Source of the DNA: Candidatus Poriferisocius sp.
Lineage (GTDB): Bacteria; Actinomycetota; Acidimicrobiia; Acidimicrobiales; Bin134
DNA length: 64,000 nt
Direction: 5' to 3'
Assembly: GCF_965208355.1 (NCBI RefSeq)
Contig: NZ_CBDBOM010000003.1
Coordinates: 1,411,323 to 1,475,322 of the forward strand
Shown here: positions 53,885-63,115 of the stretch, piece after piece
Numbering within the stretch: the first letter of the stretch is position 1
Layout of the letters: every line of letters starts with the position of its first letter
Program-made: the position numbers and the translations under genes
Notes under the pieces: model-generated
What the model saw: only the letters and a program-made list of their open reading frames with translations
Told to the model about the DNA's origin: nothing
Database searches by the model: none

Positions 53885-55425
53885 CCGCGACCGCAGCAGC
53901 AGCTACAGCCCCGCTGCTCGAAGTCTCCGGTGTGACCAAGCGCTATCCGGGCGTCTTGGCGGTCGACGATGTGTCCCTATCACTGGATACCGGCCAGATC
54001 ATCGGGCTGGTAGGCAAGAACGGAGCGGGCAAGAGCACGCTGATCAAGATCATCGCCGGGGCCGAGCACGCCGACGAAGGCCATTTGCATCTGAATGGAG
54101 AGCCTCTCGAACTGCACCGACCCCACGATGCCACCGACGCCGGGCTGGCCTTTGTCCACCAAGACCTGCAAGACGTTGGCGACCTGTCAGTGGCCGAGAA
54201 CGTGATGCTGGGCTTGGGCTATCCCCGCAAGATGGGACTATTTGTGGACTGGGCCGAGTTGTACCGCCGGGCCGCTGAGCCCATTGCCCGGTTGGAGGCC
54301 GATATCGATCCCCGTGAGCCGGTTGGGGAATTGAGTGTGGCCAAGCAGCGCCTGGTGATGATCGCTCGCGGTTTGGCTCAGCAGGCCCAACTCTTGGTGT
54401 TGGACGAGCCCAGCGCCTCGCTCACTGATGAGGAGATCGACCACCTCTTCGCCGTGGTACGGCGACTGCGGGACGATGGAATATCTGTGGTCTACGTGTC
54501 GCACCGGCTGGAGGAGATATTTGAGCTCACCGAGCGAGTAGTTGTGATGCGCAACGGCCAGCTTGTGGCCGACGAGCCCACCGCGTCGCTGAATCGGTCC
54601 TCGTTGATCTCCCATATCACCGGTCACGAGCACGCCCAGACTGCCGCCGAACGGAGGGCCAGCCGGGGAGTAGACGGTCGTCCCGATGCTGAGGTGGTGT
54701 TAGAAGTGGAGGGGGTTTCCGCCGACACTGGGGTAAACAATTGCTCCTTCGATGTGCGCAAGGGCGAGATTCTGGGTTTGGGCGGGCTGATGGGCAGCGG
54801 GCGCACGGAGCTGGTCCGGGCGGTCTTTGGCGCCGATCAACGTCAGGAGGGCACGGTGCGGGTCCACGGACGAGAGATCAGCGGCAACCACCCGTCAGAG
54901 TCCATGTCGGCGGGCCTGGCGCTGCTGCCCGAAGACCGCAAGACCCAGGGCAACATCATGGACTTCAGCGTGCGCAACAACATCACGCTGGCTTCCCTGG
55001 ATCGCCACCGGGTGCGACCGCGCGTGCCGGCCCCATTAGGGCGATCAGAAAAGCAAGCAGCCGACCGTCGGATCGACCGCTTGAGTATCGCCACCCCTCA
55101 CGACCGGCAGCTAGTTCGTCTCCTGTCGGGTGGCAATCAGCAAAAGGTAGTCATTGCCAAGTGGCTGGATCAGGGGGCCGATGTGCTGATCTTCGACGAG
55201 CCCACCATCGGGGTCGATGTGGACGGCAAAGAAGAGATCTACGACATCATGGAGGAGCTGGCTGCCGAGGGGAAGGCGGTGGTGTTCATCTCCTCCGAAT
55301 TCTCCGAGCTGGTCGGTGTATGCCATCGAGTGCTCGTGCTCCATGAGGGCCGCATCGTCGGCGAGCTAGAGGGTGATGCCGTTACTGAGCCGGCCATCGT
55401 TGAGATCTGCTACAGCCAGCACTGA
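53881..55425 (+). CDS. sugar ABC transporter ATP-binding protein (two fused ATPase domains, RbsA/MglA type)
   Basis: GKNGAGKSTL, LSVAKQRLV, LVLDEPSASL; second half has GLMGSGRTEL, LSGGNQQKVVIAKWL, LIFDEPTIGVD. Confidence 0.9.
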   Translation: MTATAAAATAPLLEVSGVTKRYPGVLAVDDVSLSLDTGQIIGLVGKNGAGKSTLIKIIAGAEHADEGHLHLNGEPLELHRPHDATDAGLAFVHQDLQDVGDLSVAENVMLGLGYPRKMGLFVDWAELYRRAAEPIARLEADIDPREPVGELSVAKQRLVMIARGLAQQAQLLVLDEPSASLTDEEIDHLFAVVRRLRDDGISVVYVSHRLEEIFELTERVVVMRNGQLVADEPTASLNRSSLISHITGHEHAQTAAERRASRGVDGRPDAEVVLEVEGVSADTGVNNCSFDVRKGEILGLGGLMGSGRTELVRAVFGADQRQEGTVRVHGREISGNHPSESMSAGLALLPEDRKTQGNIMDFSVRNNITLASLDRHRVRPRVPAPLGRSEKQAADRRIDRLSIATPHDRQLVRLLSGGNQQKVVIAKWLDQGADVLIFDEPTIGVDVDGKEEIYDIMEELAAEGKAVVFISSEFSELVGVCHRVLVLHEGRIVGELEGDAVTEPAIVEICYSQH

Positions 55426-55544
55426 TCACCCTGTTGCGCTGGGGTTTCTCGGGTTGTGGTGTGGGCTGCGTCACCGATAATCAGTACTGTGATCAAACAC
55501 GGGCTCTGTAGAGCCGAGACATCTATCGAATCCACGAGGCGGGA

Positions 55545-58541
55545 ATGAAGAAGCTCCTGATCCTGTTGCTCAGCGCGGCCCTGATAGTGGCCGCTTGCTC
55601 GGATAGCGAAACCCATGTGCCGGTCACCGGACAGGTCGAACCGGGTGCAGCAACAACGACTGAAGAAGCTACTGCCACGCCCCAGTCCACCGCTGCCGCC
55701 TCGACTGACCCGGAGACTGAGGACAAAGACGGCGAAGTCGCACAACCTGATCATTCGGTTGAAGAGGAGATCACTTGTCAAGTTGCCGATGGCATTCCCG
55801 ATGTCTTGGCGGGCGAGGGTCTGCTGCCGGTCGATTCCACGGTGAAGATTGGCACGCTGGACAACGGGTTCACCTACTACATCCGGTCGAACGACAGCCC
55901 CGGCGGCGCGTTGTCACTACGTCTTGTGGTCAATGCCGGTTCATTCAACGAGCCATTCGCAGGCGCCAACTACGCCCACTTTCTCGAGCACATGCTGTTC
56001 AACGGCACAGAGAAGTATCCCGGCAACGAGATTATTGATGCGCTGGAGAGCATCGGGGTGGAGTTTGGCCCTGACATCAACGCCTACACCTCCTACGACG
56101 AGACCGTGTACATGCTCGACCTGGTCATAGACGAGGAAGAAGATTCCGTGGGAACCGCATTCGACGTCCTCTCGCAGTGGGCCCATGCCGCCACAATCGG
56201 CCCCGAGGATGTAGAAGAAGAGCGGGGGATTGTGCGTGACGAATACCGTCTTAGAGACGAGTCTGGTCAGGGCATAATTTTCGACGTATTCGACCGGATG
56301 TATGGGCAAGGCACGCCCTATGAGGGGCGCGCCCCCAGTGGAACGGCAGAAAACATCGAGGCGACCACCGCCGAAGACCTGCGGGATTTCTACGAGACGT
56401 GGTACGTGCCTTCCAATATGGCGGTGGTCGCAGTAGGCGACCTTCCCCTCGACACGCTGGAAAGCTTGGTTGAGGAGTATTTCTGCGACATTGCGGCTGG
56501 GGATGATCCGCCCGTCGTTGACAACTGGTCGGCATTGAACCCGGAGGCGACCTTCGATACTGCCACTTCTCCGGAACAGTCATATTCCTATCTCTCGCTG
56601 GACATCCGCCTGCCGTCGTGGGATCCCAACACCCTTGAAGGCGATCGCCAACTATGGATCGAAGAGATCATCAGCATCATGGTGGAGAATCGCCTACAAG
56701 ACGGCTACGAGCAAGGCTTCTTGTCGCAGATCGATCCAACCCACTGGTTGACGTTTTCCCATACCCGAGGCTTGCGCTTCTACGGCACCAACCTCCGAGC
56801 CGACGACTTCTCAGCCGCCCTCACCGACTATTGGTCTTTGCTGTTGAGCCTTGAACAGCATGGCTTCAGCGATGCTGATCTGGAACGGGCGGCAAAGGCG
56901 ATCAGGGCTGATTTGGAATCGGCGATAGATGCAGAACCCACGATCCAGGATCGCCAACGCGCCGATCAATATGCGGCGCACTTCCTGGGCGGCACCGATA
57001 TCGGACGGCTAAAGGACACTGCGGCGCGGGTTGACGCTCTGCTCGATGAACTTGAGGTCGACGATCTCAGCGACCGCTACCGCGAGATCTTGGCTGATAG
57101 TGGGCTGATCCTGATCGCGGTAGGACCCGATCCCTCCGAGGTGCCCACGGTCGAGGAGATGCAGGCTGCGGTTGATGCTGCCGTACCGGGAGAGCTTCCC
57201 GAAATGATCGGAGAAGCGTCTGAGCTTCTCTCTGTGCCTGATCCGGTCGACCCAGTGAGCGAAGGTTCGATTGAGGCCATCACCGATGAGTTGGATGATG
57301 CCTATGAGTGGGAGTTCGTCAATGGGGCCCGGGTCATGTACGCCTATTCCGACATCGCCGAGAATGAGGTCAGTCTTCAGGCCATCTCATGGGGCGGCTG
57401 GTCAGCCCTCGAAGAGGGGGACCGCCCCTTAGCCCAGTACCTGGCGACCCGGGCAGTGGGCAACAGCGGGTTGGGCGACCTGAGTCCAGCGCAGATATCC
57501 CGCTATCTGGATGATCGCAATGCCCAAGTGCAGCCCTACATTGCCGAAACCACCGAAGGAATTTCGGGAGCGTCTGACACCGAAGGCGTCGAGACGATGT
57601 TCCAGCTCATGCACCTGTACATGACCGCGGCGCGAGTTGACGAGCAGGCCTTTGGTGAGGCCGTCAACATTGGCGAGATCATCGCCTCGCTGTCGGTGTC
57701 TGATCCCGATTGGCAGCAGGCGTTGGCTTATCTCGAGGCTCGTCACGGTGAGGCATTCGGTTGGTTCAACTTGGTCGCCCCCCCGGAGACTTTGGACTCC
57801 CTAACCCCTGAATCGCTCTTCGACATTTACCAGCGGCGTTTTGGCGGGGTGAACGACCTTGTGGTGGTTGTCGTGGGTGACGTGGACCGCGATGTTGTCG
57901 AGCAGATGGCTCGCACCTATGTGGGCACTTTGCCCGAGGGGCAGGCCGACAGCTACGCGAATCGCCGCGCACCTGAGCCTGAAGGGATTGTCCGGCGCGA
58001 AGTAGTGCTTGGGCCAGACATCCAATCCACCTCTGCGACCTACTTCTACGAATTCTTATCCGACGTGAACCCGGCATCGGAGGTGGCTGTAGACGTGCTC
58101 CAAGTGATCCTCGACAGTCGATTGGTGGAAGACGTCCGGGAGGATCTCGGCGATACCTATGTTGTTGCGGCATCGATCGGAATGAGCATTACGCCGGAAC
58201 CCAGAATCAGCGGCGAAGTCTTCGCTACCGGCGACCCTGAGCAGATGGCGACCATCGAGGCGGAGATGACTCGCATCTTGGTCGAGGTGCACGCGGGTGA
58301 GATCACCGATGAGGAATTCGAGCAGGCCAAGGCCGTGGTCGGCGACAACTACGAGCTGATCGGCAATTCCGACCTCACCAACGTGCTTCTTCGTCGGGCC
58401 TACGCCAACGACGACGAGCTCCCCACGCCCGAGCGGCTGATTGAGGAGTTAGAAGCCCTAGAGCTGAGGGGTGTGCAGGATCTGGCAGCATCGCTATTCG
58501 ATCCCGAACAGCACATCCAGATCGTGCGGGTGCTGCCCTAA
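55545..58541 (+). CDS. M16-family zinc peptidase lipoprotein (double-length, pitrilysin/insulinase-like)
   Basis: Lipobox IVAAC. Inverted zinc motif HFLEHMLFNGT plus downstream E (AYTSYDETVY). At 998 aa it equals two M16 active/inactive pairs. Confidence 0.85.
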   Translation: MKKLLILLLSAALIVAACSDSETHVPVTGQVEPGAATTTEEATATPQSTAAASTDPETEDKDGEVAQPDHSVEEEITCQVADGIPDVLAGEGLLPVDSTVKIGTLDNGFTYYIRSNDSPGGALSLRLVVNAGSFNEPFAGANYAHFLEHMLFNGTEKYPGNEIIDALESIGVEFGPDINAYTSYDETVYMLDLVIDEEEDSVGTAFDVLSQWAHAATIGPEDVEEERGIVRDEYRLRDESGQGIIFDVFDRMYGQGTPYEGRAPSGTAENIEATTAEDLRDFYETWYVPSNMAVVAVGDLPLDTLESLVEEYFCDIAAGDDPPVVDNWSALNPEATFDTATSPEQSYSYLSLDIRLPSWDPNTLEGDRQLWIEEIISIMVENRLQDGYEQGFLSQIDPTHWLTFSHTRGLRFYGTNLRADDFSAALTDYWSLLLSLEQHGFSDADLERAAKAIRADLESAIDAEPTIQDRQRADQYAAHFLGGTDIGRLKDTAARVDALLDELEVDDLSDRYREILADSGLILIAVGPDPSEVPTVEEMQAAVDAAVPGELPEMIGEASELLSVPDPVDPVSEGSIEAITDELDDAYEWEFVNGARVMYAYSDIAENEVSLQAISWGGWSALEEGDRPLAQYLATRAVGNSGLGDLSPAQISRYLDDRNAQVQPYIAETTEGISGASDTEGVETMFQLMHLYMTAARVDEQAFGEAVNIGEIIASLSVSDPDWQQALAYLEARHGEAFGWFNLVAPPETLDSLTPESLFDIYQRRFGGVNDLVVVVVGDVDRDVVEQMARTYVGTLPEGQADSYANRRAPEPEGIVRREVVLGPDIQSTSATYFYEFLSDVNPASEVAVDVLQVILDSRLVEDVREDLGDTYVVAASIGMSITPEPRISGEVFATGDPEQMATIEAEMTRILVEVHAGEITDEEFEQAKAVVGDNYELIGNSDLTNVLLRRAYANDDELPTPERLIEELEALELRGVQDLAASLFDPEQHIQIVRVLP

Positions 58542-58551
58542 TCGTCAGCCT

Positions 58552-58566
58552 GGTGCCTTGGGCACC
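58552..58566. terminator. short hairpin between convergent genes (GGTGCC-TTG-GGCACC)
   Basis: Perfect 6-bp stem with a 3-nt loop in the 47-nt gap between the M16 stop and the acyl-CoA synthetase stop. It could act in both directions. Confidence 0.35.
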
Positions 58567-58588
58567 GAATCAGAGTTTGATCAGAGAA

Positions 58589-60148
58589 TCAGACTCGGCG
58601 CTCTTGGTCGGCCCAGTGGGGGTCGCGTAGTTCCCGCTTGAGGATCTTGCCGGTGGGGGCCTTGGGCAGTTCGTCGACAAAGGCCACTGACCTCGGCTTC
58701 TGGTAGGAGGCGAGGTTCTGGCGGGCGGCGTCGATGATCTCGTCCTCGGTGGCAGTCATGCCCGGTTTGAGCACCACATAAGCCATTACTGACTCGCCCC
58801 AGGTGTCGTCGGGCACGCCGATTACCGCGGTCTCCAGCACGGCCTGATGGGTGGCGATGGCTTCTTCCACCTGAACCGAGTAGATGTTCTCCCCGCCGGA
58901 GATGATCATGTCTTTGGCCCGGTCGACGATGAACACGTACCGCTCGTCGTCCCAAGTGGCGATGTCTCCGGTCCACATCCAGCCGTCCTTGATGGTGTCG
59001 GCGGTGAGGTCGGGACGCCGGAAATAGCCCAGCATGTTGGCCTCGGAACGAACGATTATCTGTCCCGGCGTCTTTCCGTCGCAGGGCACGTCCACGCCGT
59101 CGGGGTCCACCACCCGAACAGAGGTCACGAACCCTTCTCGGCCGCATGACCGCAGCCTCTCGGGGCGGTGGTCGTCGCGGATGGCCCGGATGTGGTCCTC
59201 CTGCGACAGGAAGCACATGGTGGTGCCCTCAGTCTGGCCGTAGCCCTGAATGAGGGTGCAGGGGAATTTGTCCATAGCCTCAGTGATGACCCGGGATGGC
59301 ATGGGACCGCCGCCGTACTGGATGTTGCGCAGGCTGGAGATGTCGTAGTTGTCGAACCCCTCCACCGCCATCATCCAATTCAACATGGTGGTTACGCCCA
59401 AGAATGCTGACACCTTCTCTTCTTGGATCAGCTCCATGGCCAAGGTGGCGTCGAAATTCATCAGTACCAGCGGACAGCCGTGAGCCAGATAGTTCATGGC
59501 CAGCACCACCGGAATGTGGAACATCTGCCCGGTGAGCATGTACACGTCGCTGGGGACGATGCGCTCGGCCACCGTTTGGTTGAGCATTCCGAAATAGACG
59601 CTGCGGTGACTGTGCAGGGCGCCCTTGGATTCCCCGGTGGTGCCCCCGGTGTAGAGGATGAAAAGCGGGTCGTTGTCGCCCACCTCGGCTGATGCCTCGG
59701 GCTCGGCATCCGATGAAGAGGCCACCAACTCCTCATAGGAGCCGTCTCCGCCTTCGCCGTATTGGAGCCAGTGCTCGACCGAGCTCACCAGGCCGGACAG
59801 CTCAGCTGACTCGGCGGCGTACATCCCTTGGGTGATGTACGCCCGGGGTTCTCCGTTGTTGACGATCTTGGCCAGCTCGGGAGCCGACAGGCGCCAGTTC
59901 ATGGGTTGGGCCACTAGACCAGAACGCCCGCACGCGAAGTACAGGGCGGCGTACTCCACCGAGTTCTGGCTCAAGATGCCAACCCGGTCGCCCTTGTCCA
60001 GGCCCAAGCCAACCAGCCCGTTGGCCAGGCGGCGGATGTGCTCGTCGAAGGCCGCGAACGTGACCCGCTGGCCGGTAGTGGAATCGATGATCGCCTCGCG
60101 GTCCGGCGTTTGCCGGGCCCATTTGGCAGGAATCTGGCCGATGTTCAT
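58589..60148 (-). CDS. AMP-dependent acyl-CoA synthetase (fatty-acid-CoA ligase type)
   Basis: ILYTGGTTGESKGALHSH, YGQTEG, WMWTGDIATWDDERYVFIVDRAKDMI, PTGKILKRELR. Confidence 0.85.
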   Translation of the reverse strand: MNIGQIPAKWARQTPDREAIIDSTTGQRVTFAAFDEHIRRLANGLVGLGLDKGDRVGILSQNSVEYAALYFACGRSGLVAQPMNWRLSAPELAKIVNNGEPRAYITQGMYAAESAELSGLVSSVEHWLQYGEGGDGSYEELVASSSDAEPEASAEVGDNDPLFILYTGGTTGESKGALHSHRSVYFGMLNQTVAERIVPSDVYMLTGQMFHIPVVLAMNYLAHGCPLVLMNFDATLAMELIQEEKVSAFLGVTTMLNWMMAVEGFDNYDISSLRNIQYGGGPMPSRVITEAMDKFPCTLIQGYGQTEGTTMCFLSQEDHIRAIRDDHRPERLRSCGREGFVTSVRVVDPDGVDVPCDGKTPGQIIVRSEANMLGYFRRPDLTADTIKDGWMWTGDIATWDDERYVFIVDRAKDMIISGGENIYSVQVEEAIATHQAVLETAVIGVPDDTWGESVMAYVVLKPGMTATEDEIIDAARQNLASYQKPRSVAFVDELPKAPTGKILKRELRDPHWADQERRV

Positions 60149-60219
60149 CTGCGGCTCCTTTCTAGAGAGTTCCTAAAGAGCTAGTGCGATGTTCATGGCC
60201 CTGGTTGGCCGGTCTTGCC

Positions 60220-60627
60220 CTAGTAGGGCAGGTCGAGAGCCAAGAACCGCTTTTGGATCTTCCAGTCGCTGCCAACGCGCACGCAGTCATCGGTGTACAC
60301 GCCGCTGGACAGAACGGAGAGCTGGCCGTTCTCCACGGTGATGAGCACCAGATAGCTGATGGCAGTGATCGAGTCCTCGGTCTCGTTCTCGAAATAGAGG
60401 TTGGTCACCACGTGGCGGCGCTGGTCGGTTTGCTCTTCCATCGCCCCGCTGAACAGTCCGGCGATGGCCTCCGACCCCTCGAAGGTGATCGGGTCGCCGC
60501 CGGCGATGGTCATGCCGAAAACCGGGTTGTCGGGGGCGAACATCCCGATGAGGAAGTCGCTGTCGCCCACGTCGTAGGCCACCCCAGCGTGGTTCAAAAG
60601 CTCGGTTACTGCTTGTTTGTCTGCCAT
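60220..60627 (-). CDS. SnoaL/NTF2-like protein
   Basis: Internal ATG 60627: MADKQAVTELLNHAGVAYDVGDSDFLIGMFAPD... The 135-aa size and pattern are typical of SnoaL_4. It lies 4 nt downstream of the SDR gene. Confidence 0.55.
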   Translation of the reverse strand: MADKQAVTELLNHAGVAYDVGDSDFLIGMFAPDNPVFGMTIAGGDPITFEGSEAIAGLFSGAMEEQTDQRRHVVTNLYFENETEDSITAISYLVLITVENGQLSVLSSGVYTDDCVRVGSDWKIQKRFLALDLPY

Positions 60628-60631
60628 TGGA

Positions 60632-61444
60632 TCACTCCATTCCCAGTTGTTCAACCGTGCCTCGCCACGCGAGCGAACCACCGTCGATCAATATGTACGC
60701 GCCGTTGATGAAGCCCGCCTCTCGGCTGGCCAAAAAGCACACCAGCTCGCCCACCTCAGAGGGCAATCCCAACCGGGGGATGAGAGAGGTGTTGATGAGC
60801 GCCTTCTCGAACGCCGCCGGGTCGTCCGCCTGCTTCACGAAGTCGGTGACCATGTCGGTGGCGATGGCGGTAGGGCCATAGCAATTCACCCTGATTCCCA
60901 GTGGGGCCAAGTCCACCGCCAGGTTCTGGGTTTGCAGCCGGATGCCGCCTTTGGATGTGCCGTAGGCCGAGTTGTTCGGGTAGGCCGATTGCGCGCCGGT
61001 GGATGCCGCGTTGACGATTGACGGCCAGTCGCTCTCCTTGAGGTAGGGGAGCGCCGCCTTCGAGCAGATCCAGGGTGCTACCGCATTGACCTCCACTACC
61101 TTTCTGAACACGTCGAGGGGCATTTGCTCCAGATTGCATTGGTCGGCTGCGGCCAGCCCGCTCTCGTGGATGCCGGCATTGTTGTGGAGCACGTCGATGC
61201 CGCCGTAGGCCTCGGCAGTAGCAGCCATCAGCGCCTCAACTTGGTCGGTATCGGTCACGTCGCAGTGGGTGTATGCCGCGGTGCCTCCCGATGCATTGAT
61301 CTCATCGGCCACTGCCTGTCCTTGTTCATCGCTGAGATCGGACACCATCACCTTGGCACCCTTGCTGGCTGCGACCCGGGCGGTGGCCGCCCCGATTCCG
61401 GTCGCAGATCCGGTGATGACGAATCGCAGTCCTTCGATGCCCAT
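60632..61444 (-). CDS. SDR-family oxidoreductase
   Basis: RFVITGSATGIGAATA, NNAG, YGTSKGGI. Confidence 0.85.
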   Translation of the reverse strand: MGIEGLRFVITGSATGIGAATARVAASKGAKVMVSDLSDEQGQAVADEINASGGTAAYTHCDVTDTDQVEALMAATAEAYGGIDVLHNNAGIHESGLAAADQCNLEQMPLDVFRKVVEVNAVAPWICSKAALPYLKESDWPSIVNAASTGAQSAYPNNSAYGTSKGGIRLQTQNLAVDLAPLGIRVNCYGPTAIATDMVTDFVKQADDPAAFEKALINTSLIPRLGLPSEVGELVCFLASREAGFINGAYILIDGGSLAWRGTVEQLGME

Positions 61445-61487
61445 TTATGCCCCCTTGTGCGAGATACGGCCCGCAGCGTAGGCGGCT

Positions 61488-61520
61488 TGGTTGGCGGCTG
61501 TAAAACAAAGCCGCCAACCA
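61488..61520. promoter_or_regulatory. 12-bp perfect inverted repeat in divergent intergenic region (operator or 5'-UTR hairpin)
   Basis: TGGTTGGCGGCT (61488..61499), a 9-nt GTAAAACAA spacer, then AGCCGCCAACCA (61509..61520). An extra direct copy of GGCGGCT lies at 61481..61487. Confidence 0.4.
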
Positions 61521-61564
61521 CATCGAATCGCAGGGCGGCAAGGGTCTCTTGGTAGGTTTAGCCG

Positions 61565-61963
61565 GTGCCCACGCTGACCATGGTGCCGCCGGACCGATCG
61601 GGTGGCGATCCCCGGCCGGAGCTCGTCTTGCGAGATGGTCGAGTTCTATTGGCGGGGAGCCGGTGCGGTGATTGCCAGCACCCGATGGTGGTCTCACCTC
61701 CCCGTTGTCCGATTTGTGCCAGTGCGTCAATGACATCGGCCACGTTCGGCCCGGGAGCAACCGTGTTCAGCTCCACGGTGCTGCGGATTCCGGTGCCGGG
61801 GCGCACCCCGCCGTTCACTCTGGCCTATGTGGACGTGGACGATGGCCCTCGCATTCTTGCCCACGTCGACGGGCCCGACGAGCCCTTGGTTCCGGGTAGC
61901 CGTGTTGCACTGGCCGGATGGAGCGAGCACGGCGATCCAGTGGTGCAGGGAACCGGCCCATGA
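61565..61963 (+). CDS. DUF35 Zn-ribbon / OB-fold protein
   Basis: Rubredoxin-like CGDC...CPIC ribbon (SRCGDCQHPMVVSPPRCPICAS) followed by an OB-fold tail. The stop overlaps the next start (ATGA 61960..61963). Confidence 0.7.
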   Translation: MPTLTMVPPDRSGGDPRPELVLRDGRVLLAGSRCGDCQHPMVVSPPRCPICASASMTSATFGPGATVFSSTVLRIPVPGRTPPFTLAYVDVDDGPRILAHVDGPDEPLVPGSRVALAGWSEHGDPVVQGTGP

Positions 61964-63111
61964 GCGGTACCGGTACGGCCATTTGGGGGGTGGGGACCTC
62001 GGCGTTCGGCAAGCAGACTTCGCTGGGCGGCCCCCGCTTGGCCTGGCAGGCCACGGTGGAAGCCTTGGACGATGCCGGGTTGAAGGCGTCTGACATCGAT
62101 GCCGTGTACGCCGGTTCGGTGTTCGGCGACCCCGGCACCGTCACTCGCACTCTTCAGCAGATCGGGATTGTGGAAGTGCCGGTGATCACCATCGAGAACG
62201 CCTGTGCCAGCGGCACATCGGCCTTCCATGAGGCCCGGGTGGCGGTGGAAACCGGCCGATATGAACGGGTTTTGGCGTTTGGCATCGAGACCATGACCGC
62301 CCATTTCGACGGTGCCATCAGCCCGATTGCCTCCGACCCTGACGGAGCCCAGGGCTATGCCATGCCCAGCATCTACGGCATGTCGGCCACCCGGTACAAA
62401 TACGAGTTTGGGGTTACCGACGAGCAAATGGCCGCGGTGGCGGTGAAGAATCGCCGCCATGCGGTGAGCAATTCCCGGGCCCAGCACCGCAAGACTGTTT
62501 CCGTCCAGCAGGTGCTAGGCAGCCGAATGGTTGCCGATCCGATCACCTTGTTCCAGTGCTGTTCGATTGCCGATGCGGCTGCCGCCGCGGTGATTGGGCC
62601 ACTGGGCGGCTCCCAAGATCCCACCCAGGAGGTGGCTATCCGATCCAGCGCGCTGCGCTCCGGCGGGCTTTGGGACCACACCACCGACAAGGTGTGGGGT
62701 TGGGACATCGTGGCCGACACCGCGGCCCAGGCCTACGAATCCGCCGGGGTAGGGCCGGACGATGTCGACGTATTTGAAGTCCACGATGCCTTCACCATCG
62801 GTGAGATCATCACCACCGAAGCCCTGGGACTTTGCGGCCTGGGTGAAGGCGGGCGGCTGGTGAAGTCGGGCCACACCGCATTGGGTGGGGCTCAGCCGGT
62901 GAACCCGTCGGGCGGACTCTTGTCTCGGGGCCATCCCCTGGGGGCCACCGGCCTGGCTCAGATCGCCGAGATCGTCTGGCAGCTTCGGGGTATGGCCGCT
63001 GAACGGCAGGTGCCCGATGCCCGCCTCGGCGCGGTGGAGACCATGGGCGGCGGCACCGCGGGAATCGACGGCAACGCCTGCGTGGTGACCGTGCTGGAGC
63101 AAGTGGGATGA
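61960..63111 (+). CDS. thiolase-like protein (SCP-x / lipid-transfer-protein type)
   Basis: Internal ATG 61960. IWGVGTSAFGK..., active-site NACASGTSAF, C-terminal NPSGGLLSRGHPLGATG. Confidence 0.8.
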   Translation: MSGTGTAIWGVGTSAFGKQTSLGGPRLAWQATVEALDDAGLKASDIDAVYAGSVFGDPGTVTRTLQQIGIVEVPVITIENACASGTSAFHEARVAVETGRYERVLAFGIETMTAHFDGAISPIASDPDGAQGYAMPSIYGMSATRYKYEFGVTDEQMAAVAVKNRRHAVSNSRAQHRKTVSVQQVLGSRMVADPITLFQCCSIADAAAAAVIGPLGGSQDPTQEVAIRSSALRSGGLWDHTTDKVWGWDIVADTAAQAYESAGVGPDDVDVFEVHDAFTIGEIITTEALGLCGLGEGGRLVKSGHTALGGAQPVNPSGGLLSRGHPLGATGLAQIAEIVWQLRGMAAERQVPDARLGAVETMGGGTAGIDGNACVVTVLEQVG

Positions 63112-63115
63112 CCCC

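Noticed and set aside
58567-58594. A triple direct repeat of ATCAGA (gAATCAGAgtttgATCAGAgAATCAGAc) next to the convergent terminator hairpin.
   Set aside because: It is very short, partly overlaps the stop codon of the minus-strand gene, and is plausibly chance. It is noted only.
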